A stretch of DNA of 64,000 bases from an uncultured delta proteobacterium (GTDB lineage: Bacteria; Desulfobacterota; Binatia; UBA9968), in the NCBI GenBank assembly GCA_963745835.1, contig CAVUZH010000003.1, forward strand, positions 1,216,001 through 1,280,000. The letters are read 5' to 3'. Below the pieces are notes generated by a model, which saw only the letters and a program-made list of their open reading frames with translations, was not told the origin of the DNA and did not search any database. This document shows, piece by piece, positions 41,942 to 52,722 of this stretch. Positions within the stretch are counted from its first letter, which is position 1, and the number at the start of each line of letters is the position of its first letter. The position numbers were made by a program, and so were the translations under genes.

Positions 41942-43484
41942 ATGAGCTCAATCGTCTCCGATCATTTCATTTTGCTCCCGCCGCGCGGAACCATCGTGGA
42001 GGGATTGCTCGGCACTCGTGCTCTCAAGTCATTTATGCTGCTCTCAACGATGCCCAGAAAGCTGACCGCGCAGTAGCGGTGAGAGCTGGAGCAGCACGGG
42101 CCGGCCTGTCAGGGACCGCACCAAAGATGCGTGTGCTAGACTCGCTGCACGAGAACGGGGCGAAACTCGTACAGATGCCACCCGAAGCCGCGGCTGCGCT
42201 CCGCGCCGAGCAGCCCGGCCTCAGGCTCGCCCCGCTCGTCCACTACCGGAAGGCCGACGCGCCTCGTCCTAAGATTCTCGAACAATTTCGCACGGCGGCG
42301 CGCACAACCGCCCGCGCAGCGCGTGGCCCTCAAGTCGGACGTCTGAAGCTGAAGATGCTCATCCAAGGCACTACCTTACCCGCTGTGGGCGCGGATGTTC
42401 TCGTCTTTACCAATTATGCGAACCGCGTGGGAGCGGAGGGTAAAAGCAACAAACGCGGTGAAGTCACCCTGGCTTTGGGCCCTGACCCCGTGCGTGTGCA
42501 AAAGCTTTTCATTTATCCGGCGAGCGGCTGTTGGAGTCTGCTCAAGCAGAATATCTCCCTGGCTTCTGGCCAGCAGTTCACTCTGCGCCCGCTCGATTTG
42601 TCCTTCACAGACGTGCTTCGCCATTTCCACGGCAATGCACCTCTCAACGTCGGCCAAGGTGTCAAAGTTGCCGTCGTGGACAGTGGAGTGAACCGGCATC
42701 ACGACGATCTGACGGTGGCAGGCGGACGCTGCACCGTGGCCGGAGAAATACTGCCGAGTACGGCGATGTCGGTGACAGCCACGGCACACATGTCGCCGGC
42801 ATCATCGCCGCGCGTGGCACCGCGCCGGACGGATTGCGAGGCCTTGCGCCCGCCGTGCTGCTCTACAGCTATCGCGTTTTCGGCCGAAACAGCGAAGACG
42901 CATCGTCTTTCGACATCCTAAAGGCGCTGGACGCCGCCCGCGCCGACAAATGCGATCTCATCAACTTGAGCCTGACCTACGGCCAGACGGATGAGGTTTT
43001 GCGCGCAGGTATCGAGAATGCTCGCGCTGCCGGAATTCTCGTCATTGCCGCGTCCGGCAACGATGGACGCCAGCCGGTAAGCTTTCCCGCGTCCGATGAA
43101 ATGGCAGTGGCCGTTTCCGCAACCGGCCGCAAAGGCACTTTCCCGGCCGATTCTACCTCGTTCCCGCATGGGAAAGTTCCATTCGGCAGGGACCGCAAAA
43201 ACTTCATCGGAGACTTTTCTAACATCGGCCCGGAGACGGATTTGACCGGACCGGGGGTTGATGTTCTCTCGACCGTGCCGGGCGGCTATGCTGCCATGAG
43301 CGGCACTTCTATGGCGTGCCCAGCGGTGACCGGCATGGCGGCGCGGATGCTCGCGAAGAACAAGCCCCTCCTCGGCCGGAAGCGCGATGCCGCGCGTTCC
43401 GAGGCCATTGCGCGACTGCTGCTGCGCTCGGCCCGCCCGCTGGGCTTCGGGCCAAAGTTTGAAGGGCGGGGTCTTGTGCGTTAG
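41942..43484 (+). CDS. S8 serine peptidase B, no signal peptide; frameshifts near 42040 and 42750 (probable errors)
   Basis: MSSIVSDHFILLPPRG start; triad VAVVDSG / SHGTHVAG / SGTSMA, AASGN; adding one A to the run near 42748 restores the frame. Confidence 0.85.
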
Positions 43485-43493
43485 AGTGGTGCT

Positions 43494-43718
43494 ATGAAAC
43501 GGTTTATCTTCCGCTTCCGTGGCAAAGGCGAAACATCGGAAGCCGATGTCGACCGCATCCGCTCGCAAAGCCGTGTGGTGGATGATTCCTCTCCCCGTAT
43601 GTTGCTGGTGGAAGTTCCGGAAAAAAAAGCCGCGAACTGGCCAGATCCCTCAAGGATTGGGCGGTAAGCGAGGAACGCCACCTGTCCCGTCCCAATCCCC
43701 GGCCCAAAACTCAAGTAA
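43494..43718 (+). CDS. Small stand-alone propeptide/I9-inhibitor-like protein (frameshifted tail)
   Basis: MKRFIFRFRGKGETSEADVDRIRSQSRVVDDSSPRMLLVEVPEKKAA then ELARSLKDWAVSEER..PRPK; 9 bp after peptidase B; absent from the ORF track. Confidence 0.6.
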
Positions 43719-44516
43719 GCGACGGCCGCAACAAACGTCACCTCGCCGGAGCCTGTGGAGTTACCCATTAGAAGGCAGGTTCAACTGGCAAGACCTCTCC
43801 CATAAGAATCGGTTGTGTTATTCCTCCCGGTAAATTTCGCGTGACCTTAGGCTATTACGCCATCGCGTGCCCGCGTACCATTCATGAACCGCTCAAGCCA
43901 GCTTCCCGGCACCGACGGATTCGCGGTGGGCTGGGATTCCGGTTGGGAGATCAGGAACCCAGCTACTTTTCTATGTTGCTGTCTTCAGCGCTGCTCCTTG
44001 AATGACGCGAGGGGTGCAAAATGAACCTGGCCCAACCAGAGGCTAATTCGGCGAAACACTTACAGCTTGTCAGGAATTTAGCAAAGGCCGCTGCAATGGT
44101 GCTTGAGAGCACAGGATTTGATAACCTGCGCTAAAAAAAGAATTGTAAAAGTAATACGTTATCCGCCGTGCCAGGTTGTGCCAAGTAAAACTTGCAAAGA
44201 ACTCGGGTTTACCTCGAACCGCGAAGAACTGCCGAAGAAATTGTATTCGTTCCGAGATACTCTGAGCCGTTAGGGTACGTAGCTCTTTGCCTGTTCCGTA
44301 AGGTATCCGGCATTTAAATCAAGGCCGATCTCCTGTGCATCTCTCTCCTGAGTGTTCATGAACAAAAAATTTATTATTTTTCGTCGACAGAGATGGCTAT
44401 GTGAGAGATTGCATTCATGCAGACTATCTAGAGAAGCGAACCGTCAAAACCAGCAGCAAGGGTGTCGCTAGCCGCCGATCAAGTCGGCCAACAACCATAA
44501 AAGCGGAGAACCGTCG

Positions 44517-44693
44517 TTAGGAGCAACTAGCACGGTTTAACCAGCGACGTCTCAGCAGCACTGCTCCCAACACCGTCGCCACTATAATTGGCACCACCCA
44601 GTGAAGCCCCAGGTCATGAAGCAGATAGCCCTCAGCAAAGCCGATTACGTTAAACACGAGCACGAACAGGATGAGCTTTAGACGGCGTGACAT
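44517..44693 (-). CDS. Small two-TM membrane protein
   Basis: MSRRLKLILFVLVFNVIG..WVVPIIVATVLGAVLLRRR. Confidence 0.45.
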   Translation of the reverse strand: MSRRLKLILFVLVFNVIGFAEGYLLHDLGLHWVVPIIVATVLGAVLLRRRWLNRASCS

Positions 44694-44730
44694 CGGAGTG
44701 GGGGCCGTCGGTATTGTGGTCGATACAGAG

Positions 44731-45512
44731 CTATGTCGCAGTCGTGTTAAGGCACGACTCCACGCACTGCCCAAGCCTTGGTCTTGAGGGAAAATGGTTC
44801 ATCCAGGCCATCGAGATATTCTGCCGCATTGCTGTTCTCAACGCTTCATGACGATCTGCCGATAGACGTTCCATGCACACATTCGCAGGGCCTTCGGCAT
44901 TCAAACAACGCTGCCACAGCTCATCAAACGAAGAAAACTGGCAACGCATTAACAAGTCTGTTGCTTCGATGTCGGTCAAACAGCACGGTTCCAGAGCTGT
45001 GAAAGGGCTTCAGCAGAACCATATGACCCTTGTCTGCCGAAAGGCCGCTTCGCGTTGTATCAATGGCTTCTACGGCATCCCAAAAGCAGCCGTAAAGCTC
45101 ATTAGCGCGGCTACGGTCCCACATGGTAGTTGCCACGATCCCCGCTGCTTTAGTAACGCGGCGCATTTCCATGGTTGCCTTCGGAGCATCTGGTATGTGG
45201 TCAACCGCAAGCAGAGCCATGCAACGGTCGAAAGAGGTGTCTGGGCAAGGCAGGTTTTGCGCATCGCCGAGCTCGAAGGTTACTCGTGGTTTGCGTTCTA
45301 GCGTAATCGATGAATCCCCTCGAAGGATCGATGCCCTACGATCTTCGAGGCCCGGGTGACTCTGGCCAGTGTCGCTGACAAGGAGCCAGTGCCGCAGCCA
45401 ACATCAAGCACATTCTCACCATCCCGAACATCGACAAACTCCACGAATAACGCCGCCAACTGCCGGCTCCATCGCCCATCGTCTCGTCGTACGCTTCGGC
45501 GACTTCAAACAT
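44731..45512 (-). pseudogene. Class I SAM-dependent methyltransferase, multiply frameshifted
   Basis: AEAYDETMG-RWS, VLDVGCGTGSL, VGIDPS and EMRRVTK..ATTMWD motifs in different frames. Confidence 0.75.
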
Positions 45513-45685
45513 AACGCCTCCTTCTACGTGAGCTTGGCCAATACATTGGAGTGCGGCTCGGTAGATACACTGCCTAGGATTTAGCATGTGCTGATATACC
45601 GCACGGTGTGCCCATCGCTTTGCTTGGATAGCCAACCGTGATTGTTTAAAAGCCGACGAGCAGAACAGGTGTCATGTGAAAACAC

Positions 45686-46147
45686 CTATGGCTGCAGAAG
45701 ATAACCCTCAAATGTAGGCGGGAAAACGTTATGGTCGAGCACTCCTGAAGCCTTTACATCGCCATTACCATTTTTTTCGATACGAAGGGTAGCATCGATT
45801 GTGAACGTATTGTCGTTGTTGTTGATGATGCTACCCCCGATCACCTTTCCGGAAAAACTGCCCCGCAGAGTAGTGAGATTCCATTTGCCGCCCAGAATGT
45901 CTGAACTATCAAAAGGCATCGGAAGCGGATCATGCTGCACGGAAACCCAAAAGAATCCTGGTGCATTCTTATTGTCGACTATACAGTGACAGGTACCGGT
46001 AAACACAGCGGCCTCGCACGGCAAAAACTGAGCGCAAACCTCTACGCCCGAAACCTCACCTTGTATGACCGGGTTTGATGCGCCAGCAGGCTGAGCAGGA
46101 AACAAAAATACAGCAACGAATCCTAAACCCAACAGTAACTGTTTCAT
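45686..46147 (-). CDS. Secreted beta-rich hypothetical protein
   Basis: GGAGG RBS, signal peptide MKQLLLGLGFVAVFLFPAQPAGA, four Cys. Confidence 0.7.
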   Translation of the reverse strand: MKQLLLGLGFVAVFLFPAQPAGASNPVIQGEVSGVEVCAQFLPCEAAVFTGTCHCIVDNKNAPGFFWVSVQHDPLPMPFDSSDILGGKWNLTTLRGSFSGKVIGGSIINNNDNTFTIDATLRIEKNGNGDVKASGVLDHNVFPPTFEGYLLQP

Positions 46148-46269
46148 TTGACACCTCCGATAAGAATCAGCCGACAATTAAAGCCCCGACATCTTATCAG
46201 TATGTTAACGGAACCGCCTATGACAATCTAGCTCTAGGAATGGCAGAGACTAGCTCAGGCGAAAACCAT

Positions 46270-46375
46270 TCATTGAGTCGTCGGATTCAGAATGGGCTGA
46301 TATACCGCACGCTGTTCGAGCAATTTATCCTTGAACTCCGCATCGGTGATGACGCCTTTCTCGATCAGTAGATTG
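46270..46375 (-). pseudogene. Small helical protein remnant (LLIEKG..LNP family) copy 1
   Basis: LLIEKGVITDAEFKDKLLEQRAVYQPILNPTTQ*. Confidence 0.55.
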
Positions 46376-46467
46376 GGAGTTTTCTTGAATCCACTCTCAC
46401 AAATACCGTCTCCGTTGCAGTTGCTTTCCGTCCACCGCCAGTAGGTTCTGAGATATGAGCAATCAAG

Positions 46468-46689
46468 ATGACCATTTGCCTCAGCTCCTCACAGTGGGAA
46501 GAATTAGAAAAGCACCTACCGCTGGACGCGTGCCCAAAGCGAGTTGGACTGCCAGAGTTCACGATGATCCAGGAGAACGACTGTCGACCGCTTCTCGATG
46601 AAGCGCAGTATGAGACACTCATCGGTATAGCACGAGCACATTGCAGCGACCTTGTACCATTAATAGAGAGGCAAAAACGGGCTTCCTAG
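46468..46689 (+). CDS. Small hypothetical protein
   Basis: 73-aa ORF of ordinary globular composition. Confidence 0.4.
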   Translation: MTICLSSSQWEELEKHLPLDACPKRVGLPEFTMIQENDCRPLLDEAQYETLIGIARAHCSDLVPLIERQKRAS

Positions 46690-46758
46690 TATTTCGCCAT
46701 CAGTTCACCGCGGAGCTAGGCGTCGAGACATGTGGCTGTCTTCGTTTCTCCAGAACGA

Positions 46759-46925
46759 TTACTGCGTTATCGGATTCAGAATACGTTGATAGACGGCACG
46801 CTCCTCTAGTAGCTTCTGCTTGAACTCTGCGTCAGTGATGATGCCCTTCTCAATCAGTAGCTTCGTGAGGATGTCTATCTGGGCAAAATTTGCGAGCATA
46901 AGTTCTTGCAGCGATACGGTTTGCC
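46759..46925 (-). pseudogene. Small helical protein remnant copy 2
   Basis: TVSLQELMLANFAQIDILTKLLIEKGIITDAEFKQKLLEERAVYQRILNPITQ*. Confidence 0.6.
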
Positions 46926-47080
46926 TTCCACGATGCGCCGGGTGAATGCAGCAGCCTCTTTGCCGAAGTGCTCAACGGTTTATTGGGATGCTTCGTTTCC
47001 GGAGTATCAACACCGATGAGGCGCACACGCTCACCGTTCTCCATCACCAACGCCATCGATTACACGCTCCACAACACGGT
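46926..47080 (-). pseudogene. Thermonuclease (SNase-like) N-terminal fragment
   Basis: ERVIDG / NGERVRLIGVDTPETKHPNKP / GKEAAAFTRRIVEGK; truncated by junction to remnant copy 2. Confidence 0.7.
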
Positions 47081-47682
47081 AATTGCTATCAATAGGAGCA
47101 GCGCGGTCGGCAATGCTACAGCCGAGCAGGTTCAGAGCGGCGATGAGAAAGAGAGTGACAATTAAGGTTGTGAGCTTACGCGAGCAACGAAAGGCTGGAT
47201 GTGTCTGCGCATCAAGGGCGCATAGTCGGTCAGGAGAGGAAAAGCGTCAAGCGGAATATGGCGGATCTAAAAGCGACGCTTGCAGCATGGTCACGAGATG
47301 TTACTTAAGACGCTCATAGACTTTTCTACCGCTCGCGCTGTAGTGATAACGACCACCGCGTGATCCAATGTAAGTGACCGGAGCTGTGATAAACTAGTTT
47401 TTCCCTCGATTACGCGCGGCTTAGTTTGGCTCGTTGCTTCTGTCTCGGTGGATTGAGCACGATGACAATGGTACCACCATCTTTTCTATCATGATGGCAG
47501 CCTTGTGCGTCCAGTCCACCGCCGTGGAGGTAAACGGGAACGACTATGAGCAGAGGAAGAGTCAGCAAACAAACAGCCATGCGATTTTCATTAGTCAGTG
47601 CTCACATTCTTGTGAGATACTTACTTGTTTAAGATCATCCGCAGTAGAGCAATATACGGGCTGATCTCAGTATCAAGTTCTC

Positions 47683-47859
47683 TCAAAGCGTCCCAGTCAA
47701 CAGGATGATCTTGGCGTAGGTGTCCCATCGGTCACTGGAGCAGAGATAGCCATTCCAGGTCTTTCCATCGGAAAGCCTCTGGTAGACGTAGTGATTCTTG
47801 GGATCGAGCCAGTAGGTGTTACCGTGGCCGTCCTTGCCTAAGTATTCGCGTTCTTCCAT
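47683..47859 (-). CDS. Small aromatic-rich hypothetical protein
   Basis: AAGGAG RBS then MEEREYLGKDGHGNTYWLDPKNHYVYQR... Confidence 0.55.
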   Translation of the reverse strand: MEEREYLGKDGHGNTYWLDPKNHYVYQRLSDGKTWNGYLCSSDRWDTYAKIILLTGTL

Positions 47860-48879
47860 GGTTCTGTTCTCCTTTTCCTCTCGGTTAAGCACGCCAATTC
47901 GCAAGGTATTCCCGAGCTCCTGGTTCTACGGGCCATAGTCCCTACCATCCAAGGGATTGCGTCCCGTTTCTCAATTCAACAATTTCGATTAGTTGTGACG
48001 TTCGAGGTGTTATCGAGGTGTCGAGTCGATCAAACTACGCTTCGGAAAAATCCGACCTGGGTTTTCTCGTTTGCGTTTTATCCGCTCACTAACTCCACAA
48101 TCCAGTCGGGCCGACTGGCGTTTTGGCTAATCGCCTCGATCGACTTCGTTAGGCATAAGCGAAACGTCAATCGCCAATCATGTTCCCTGTCACTTTGTAC
48201 GGTGAGCAATGGGATAAGATGCTAGACGAGAACTTCATCGCCACAATGCGAGAGGTTTTAGCTAACCCTGTCTTCCGTGCCAAAGCAGCGGCAGTCAAAG
48301 CGCAACGTTATAGGGGAAATGGTGTGCTTCTGGAATCGTAAGTTGGAGAGGTCTGCTTGATTAACGGGATCGTAGCAAGCTTCTTCCCCTTTGAATTTCA
48401 TTCCCTCTCTGGCTTCTTCCCCCGCGCGCATCGCGCTTAAAATCTCCCTTAGCATCTCGATGCTATAGCGCAGGAGCCGATTGCAGTCCTCTACTCCACA
48501 GGTACAGTGATTGTTCATAAGTGCCATGAAAGTGCTAAAAGCATACCAAGTTGTGTTGCGAGATTTTTAGGGGAGTACGGTGATGCGAGTATCGCCGCTC
48601 GGCTACACCAGCCGAAAGCTGCTTTGATTAATGAGTGAAAGAGAAAGGGGGTTTTGCTATCGCCGGACAGTGATAGCTTTGTTCGCTCATAGACTGGGTT
48701 GGACGCAAATCGGAACGGGCCGCACTATTTGTCAGCTAGTGTCGACTGTCAATCGCCTAGTCAAGATCCTTAGAAATTCGAATAGCAGGAACCGGACAAT
48801 TCGAGTGATGTTTGTTAGCCGACACTGCACCGCGATAAGTGCAGTAAGGCAAAGTCAAAGCAGTTTTGGATACTTGTCA

Positions 48880-49005
48880 GTCCAGCGTAGCTTCACCCGT
48901 ACGGTCGATACGTACGGTCACTTAGTTCCGGGTGGAAATCGTCAAGCCGTGGACAAGCTCGATCAGCGGGTAACGGTTACGGAGAAGACAGAAGCAACGG
49001 CCTGA
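48880..49005 (+). pseudogene. Tyrosine integrase C-terminal remnant
   Basis: TVDTYGHLVPGGNRQAVDKLD (catalytic Tyr motif), directly before the arm repeats and att copy 3. Confidence 0.72.
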
Positions 49006-49021
49006 TTCAATTCAAGACACA

Positions 49022-49084
49022 GTGGAAACAAAAGTGGAAACAATTGGAGAGAAGGCTAGATTAGAGGCGCGTAAGTTGTTGATT
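49022..49084. promoter_or_regulatory. Integrase arm-type repeats plus IHF site
   Basis: GTGGAAACAA x2; minus strand AATCAACAACTTA (49072-49084) is an exact WATCAANNNNTTR match. Confidence 0.7.
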
Positions 49085-49088
49085 CCAT

Positions 49089-49133
49089 TGGCGCGCCCGG
49101 AGGGATTTGAACCCCCAACCCCCAGATTCGTAG
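49089..49133 (-). repeat. Displaced tRNA-Arg(ACG) 3' half (att copy 3)
   Basis: Minus strand CTACGAATCTGGGGGTTGGGGGTTCAAATCCCTCCGGGCGCGCCA. Confidence 0.92.
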
Positions 49134-49829
49134 AAGCGAGCAGCGCTTTATCTCAGATTCTGTGAAATCACGTACCGTTTAAATTCAAGTATTTATCCGC
49201 GACTATCAACCGGAGAAAAGCTCACATAAGTTGAGCCGATGGACACATTTTGGACACATTGCAAATCAGTCCAGTCCTGCTCCTGAGCGCAGAATCTGCT
49301 GACATCCCGAGTTCCTTCCATGTGTTATCCGATTCCGCAGACACATATGGTTGCTGATCTCGTGCGGCTTTAATGTTTTTTCCATCTGTCTCGCAACAAC
49401 GACGCGACCATCGGGAAGATCTTTGCCGAATAAGCGCCATACACGAACCTATCAAGCGATCGTACCTGGAACGTTCGGCAATTTGGATCGAAGTAGTTCA
49501 CCCTGCCCGGGTGGCTGACGCTCAGGCAATGGCTTTCCGCCATTCGAATCGATTATCGTGATTCGCTCCTTCTTGAGCGAAGTCAGAAGGGATGTTCGCG
49601 CTAAGAACGTGAAATGCTCCAGTCAGCATGAGATGCTCGCGAGTCCGATAGGATCGCACGCCACCAATCAATTGCTTTTCCAAGCCCGGACACTCTTCGG
49701 GCGGTGCCGTGCGGCGAATGAACCGGAACCGCTAGTGTGTCTCATACCGCACTTGACAAGGGTATCCACGGTCCAGCGAAATGGTTCCTTTTATCAGATT
49801 CCGCTAATTTATCGACTGCCTTCACTAAA

Positions 49830-50936
49830 TCACGACAGAATGCTTGCCGCCAACTCTTGCACGTCGTTCTTTTTGTCCGGCACAAAATGCGCATAGGACT
49901 TCAGGGTGATGACAGAATCCCGATGTCCGAGGAGATTGCTCACCTTCGGTATTGCCACGCCCCGGGAAAGAAGCAGTGAGGCAAACGTATGGCGCAGCTT
50001 ATGAAGCGTAAGCCGTTTAACCTCGGCTACCTCGATCGCGCTGTCCATGATCTGCATTGCGGCCTTACGGTGAAGCGGTTTCCCCTCTATCGTCGCGAAT
50101 ACCAAGTCGTGTTCACTGCGCGGGCATTTGAGCTTCCAAAGCTTTAGTTCATGCGCCAATTCTTGCGGTAGGTCGAGACTGCGCCGGCTGCTCTTTGATT
50201 TAGGCGCGCGAAGCTGCCGCCCGCCTTTTTCTTTGGACTCATCAACGAGGTTTAACCGGACGTGAATCTTATTCCCTTTGAAGTCGACGGCCGGCCAAGT
50301 CAAACCTAGAACCTCGCCGATCCGGAAGCCGGTTAGCGCTGGAACCATGACCAGGACCCGCTCGAGACTACCCGGCGCCGTCGCTCCAACTAGCTTTTGT
50401 AGTTCCTCTTCTGAATAGACCTGCTCCGGCCTTACCTCTTCATCTTCGTTTTCTTCGTTTGAGACCTTCAGCCGTTCGGCGAGCTCAGCAACGTTCGCCC
50501 TTCCCTGAATCGGCCCATAGCGCTGCGCCAGTTTGAAGATAGCCGTCAAAGTCGTGAGGGTCTTATTGGCGGTATTAACCGACGTCATTCTCGCCCACTC
50601 CGCCGCGGCCGACTCGACAGCTTCAACCCCGACCTGCTGAATTGGGAGATCCCCGAGCAGCGGCACAATGTATTTATCGATATGCGTGCGCCAGTTCTGA
50701 AGAGTTGAAAAGCGGTAAGTGCCGGCCGCCTTCTTCCGCGCATGCCACTTCTCAGCAATGTCTTTGACGGTATCTTTCGACGGTAGGATAAAATCGCCGC
50801 GGGAGACCTGCGCAATCGCCTCTTTATCGTAATCCGAGGCCCGCTTGTATGTCGGGAAGGTTTTCCGGATCCGCTTTCCGTTCTGATCGCGAAAATCAAC
50901 GACGTAAGTTCCGGCCGCAGTTTTGTTTATTGCCAT
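49830..50936 (-). CDS. int: Tyrosine recombinase / phage integrase
   Basis: Arm-binding N-terminus, TGFRIGE, PKS, LHKLRHTFAS, LGH, catalytic Y (KSYAH); GAGGAG RBS. Confidence 0.93.
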   Translation of the reverse strand: MAINKTAAGTYVVDFRDQNGKRIRKTFPTYKRASDYDKEAIAQVSRGDFILPSKDTVKDIAEKWHARKKAAGTYRFSTLQNWRTHIDKYIVPLLGDLPIQQVGVEAVESAAAEWARMTSVNTANKTLTTLTAIFKLAQRYGPIQGRANVAELAERLKVSNEENEDEEVRPEQVYSEEELQKLVGATAPGSLERVLVMVPALTGFRIGEVLGLTWPAVDFKGNKIHVRLNLVDESKEKGGRQLRAPKSKSSRRSLDLPQELAHELKLWKLKCPRSEHDLVFATIEGKPLHRKAAMQIMDSAIEVAEVKRLTLHKLRHTFASLLLSRGVAIPKVSNLLGHRDSVITLKSYAHFVPDKKNDVQELAASILS

Positions 50937-50978
50937 GGGTTCAATCTCCTCGCTTCTCATGCTCTTTACGCAACCGCG

Positions 50979-51170
50979 TTACTTGCCGCGGCCACCTTTG
51001 ATCAGTTTGAACTTTGAGCGTTGCGCCTGCACACGTATTCTTTCCAGCTCATCCCGAAGAAATAAAAGCTCTTCGATTGGTAACCGTGCCAGCTTTTCAT
51101 ATAGGGTTTTGCGGTCATAGCTAAAACCGGCGAGTTGATCCTGGTGCTTGAATTTTGTTAGATCATTCAC
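50979..51170 (-). CDS. Small hypothetical protein upstream of the integrase
   Basis: 63 aa, ends FKLIKGG, co-oriented with int. Confidence 0.5.
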   Translation of the reverse strand: MNDLTKFKHQDQLAGFSYDRKTLYEKLARLPIEELLFLRDELERIRVQAQRSKFKLIKGGRGK

Positions 51171-51521
51171 GAAAAAAACTGTTTGGAATACATCGATAGT
51201 TTGATAGGAGGTAATAAGAGGAAGTCAACCAGTGTCGGGCCATACTGCGACCAACAAAACCTCAAAGCCGAGATCGACAAGACACTCCATCGCGCCGAGG
51301 AGCTGTTGCAGAAGAGCGGGCGCCTGCTTGAGGAGTATCGAGAAACAGTAGAACATACCCGACGAATCATCGAGCAAAGCCTTAAGCTGATGGCCAAGCG
51401 GACCGGGGACCGAAGCTAATCCCACCGACCGCTTCGAATTAGCGTTCCAGCACAGCCTTGGCAGGGCCTTTCCCGATCCTTGACAGCTACATAGACTTTA
51501 TGGCAATTGCTTCCCCACAAC

Positions 51522-51731
51522 ATGGCGAACATCCAAGACCAGATAGCGGCCCTCAAAGCGCGTTTCGACGGATTACAGGGCTCACTCGAACAGCAGGCCA
51601 AATCGAGCGCAGAGCTGCGGAACGTACTGGCGAAACTGAATGAAAGTATCGATCTGCTCGTGGAGGCAGAAAAACAACTGGATTCCCTGCAGAAAGGCCG
51701 CCAGACCGAAATCCAGCGGATCCGTTCGTAA
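51522..51731 (+). CDS. Small coiled-coil protein
   Basis: MANIQDQIAALKARFDGLQGSLEQQ.. heptad pattern. Confidence 0.45.
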   Translation: MANIQDQIAALKARFDGLQGSLEQQAKSSAELRNVLAKLNESIDLLVEAEKQLDSLQKGRQTEIQRIRS

Positions 51732-51993
51732 ACTCCGGCCCGGGGTTAAACGCCAGCTTTCTTCCTCCTTATCACTTTCTTGTCTGCTTTTTCCCGATCG
51801 CATTTAGCCTGCAACTCGGCCCTCGGTAGGTGTTTGCTGTTCAACTATCTTCAAGTTTGAAGTTTTCTTTGCCATGGGCGTCCCCCCTTTTCCGCTGCGA
51901 CTGTTTCGCTGAGCTTCAGTCAACGGGAGATTGAAGAGCCACGGCAATGCATAGCACACGATTATCGCACTGACCTGACGTATGTCAAGTCCT

Positions 51994-52206
51994 TTAGTCT
52001 TGACGTTTGGACTTTGGTCCGCCCGGTCGTCTGGTCTTCAGATATTGCTGAACGGATGTCACAGTCACGAAAGTTACGCCGTCAATATCCACGGTCTTTA
52101 GACGGCCATTCGCTACCGCTTCCCAAGCCGCTTGACGCGAGATCTTCAGCTGCTTGGCTGCGCTGGCGACGGTGACTATCTTGTTCGTGTCAATTCTGGG
52201 AGTCAT
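51994..52206 (-). CDS. Xis-like helix-turn-helix protein
   Basis: VTVASAAKQLKISRQAAWEAVANGRLKTVDIDG winged-HTH pattern. Confidence 0.7.
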   Translation of the reverse strand: MTPRIDTNKIVTVASAAKQLKISRQAAWEAVANGRLKTVDIDGVTFVTVTSVQQYLKTRRPGGPKSKRQD

Positions 52207-52722
52207 ATGCGCTTTGGTATCATCCTTCCTCAAGCCCCAGCTGCGCGTCGATTTACGCAAACCCGCGCGGCCTGGTGTTTCCGATAACTGGCTCGTTTTT
52301 TAGATAACAAATTCGAATGACAGCGGCACCACTTGACGGACTCGTAGCCATTGTGGTATCGACCCGTCCCTCGCTGCGCAGCGAATAGCTTGCGCTAACC
52401 TTTGACAGCCCTCAAAGGCGCTGCGCCGGCGAGGCCCAGGAACTTTGGGCATGGAGAAAACATCATGATGGTACTGCTTGGTTACTTCCTCATCGCAGCT
52501 GTAGCCGCCGTTGCAGCTTCGGCCCTCATCGGTCTTTTTCTTACCAACTTATCATCGTTCACTTCAAAAATTCTGATCGACTATCCCGATGGGTAGGCTC
52601 CGTGACTTCTGGAACCAGAAAAGAGACACATACTAATCCTCGCCCTTGGCGCTTCGAGTGCTTTTCTCGTCACGAAGCTCAAGCTCGCCTGGCCAGTGTG
52701 TTGATACGCCGCCGATAAAAAC

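Larger units (their letters stand above)
38221..49088. mobile_element. Island B: defective integrative element
   Basis: tRNA-Arg 3' repeats at both ends; paired (G)TGGAAACA repeats at 38326-38344 and 49022-49043; integrase C-terminal remnant. Confidence 0.8.

Noticed and set aside
39899-43484. IetAS-type AAA+/S8 toxin-antitoxin, or a MoxR-vWA ternary conflict system
   Set aside because: No ATPase is adjacent; the MoxR/VWA pair is over 36 kb away, outside the island, and RavA-like
32662-49133. Three functional tRNA-Arg genes
   Set aside because: All lack the 5' acceptor strand, D-arm and 5' anticodon stem; treated as att repeats
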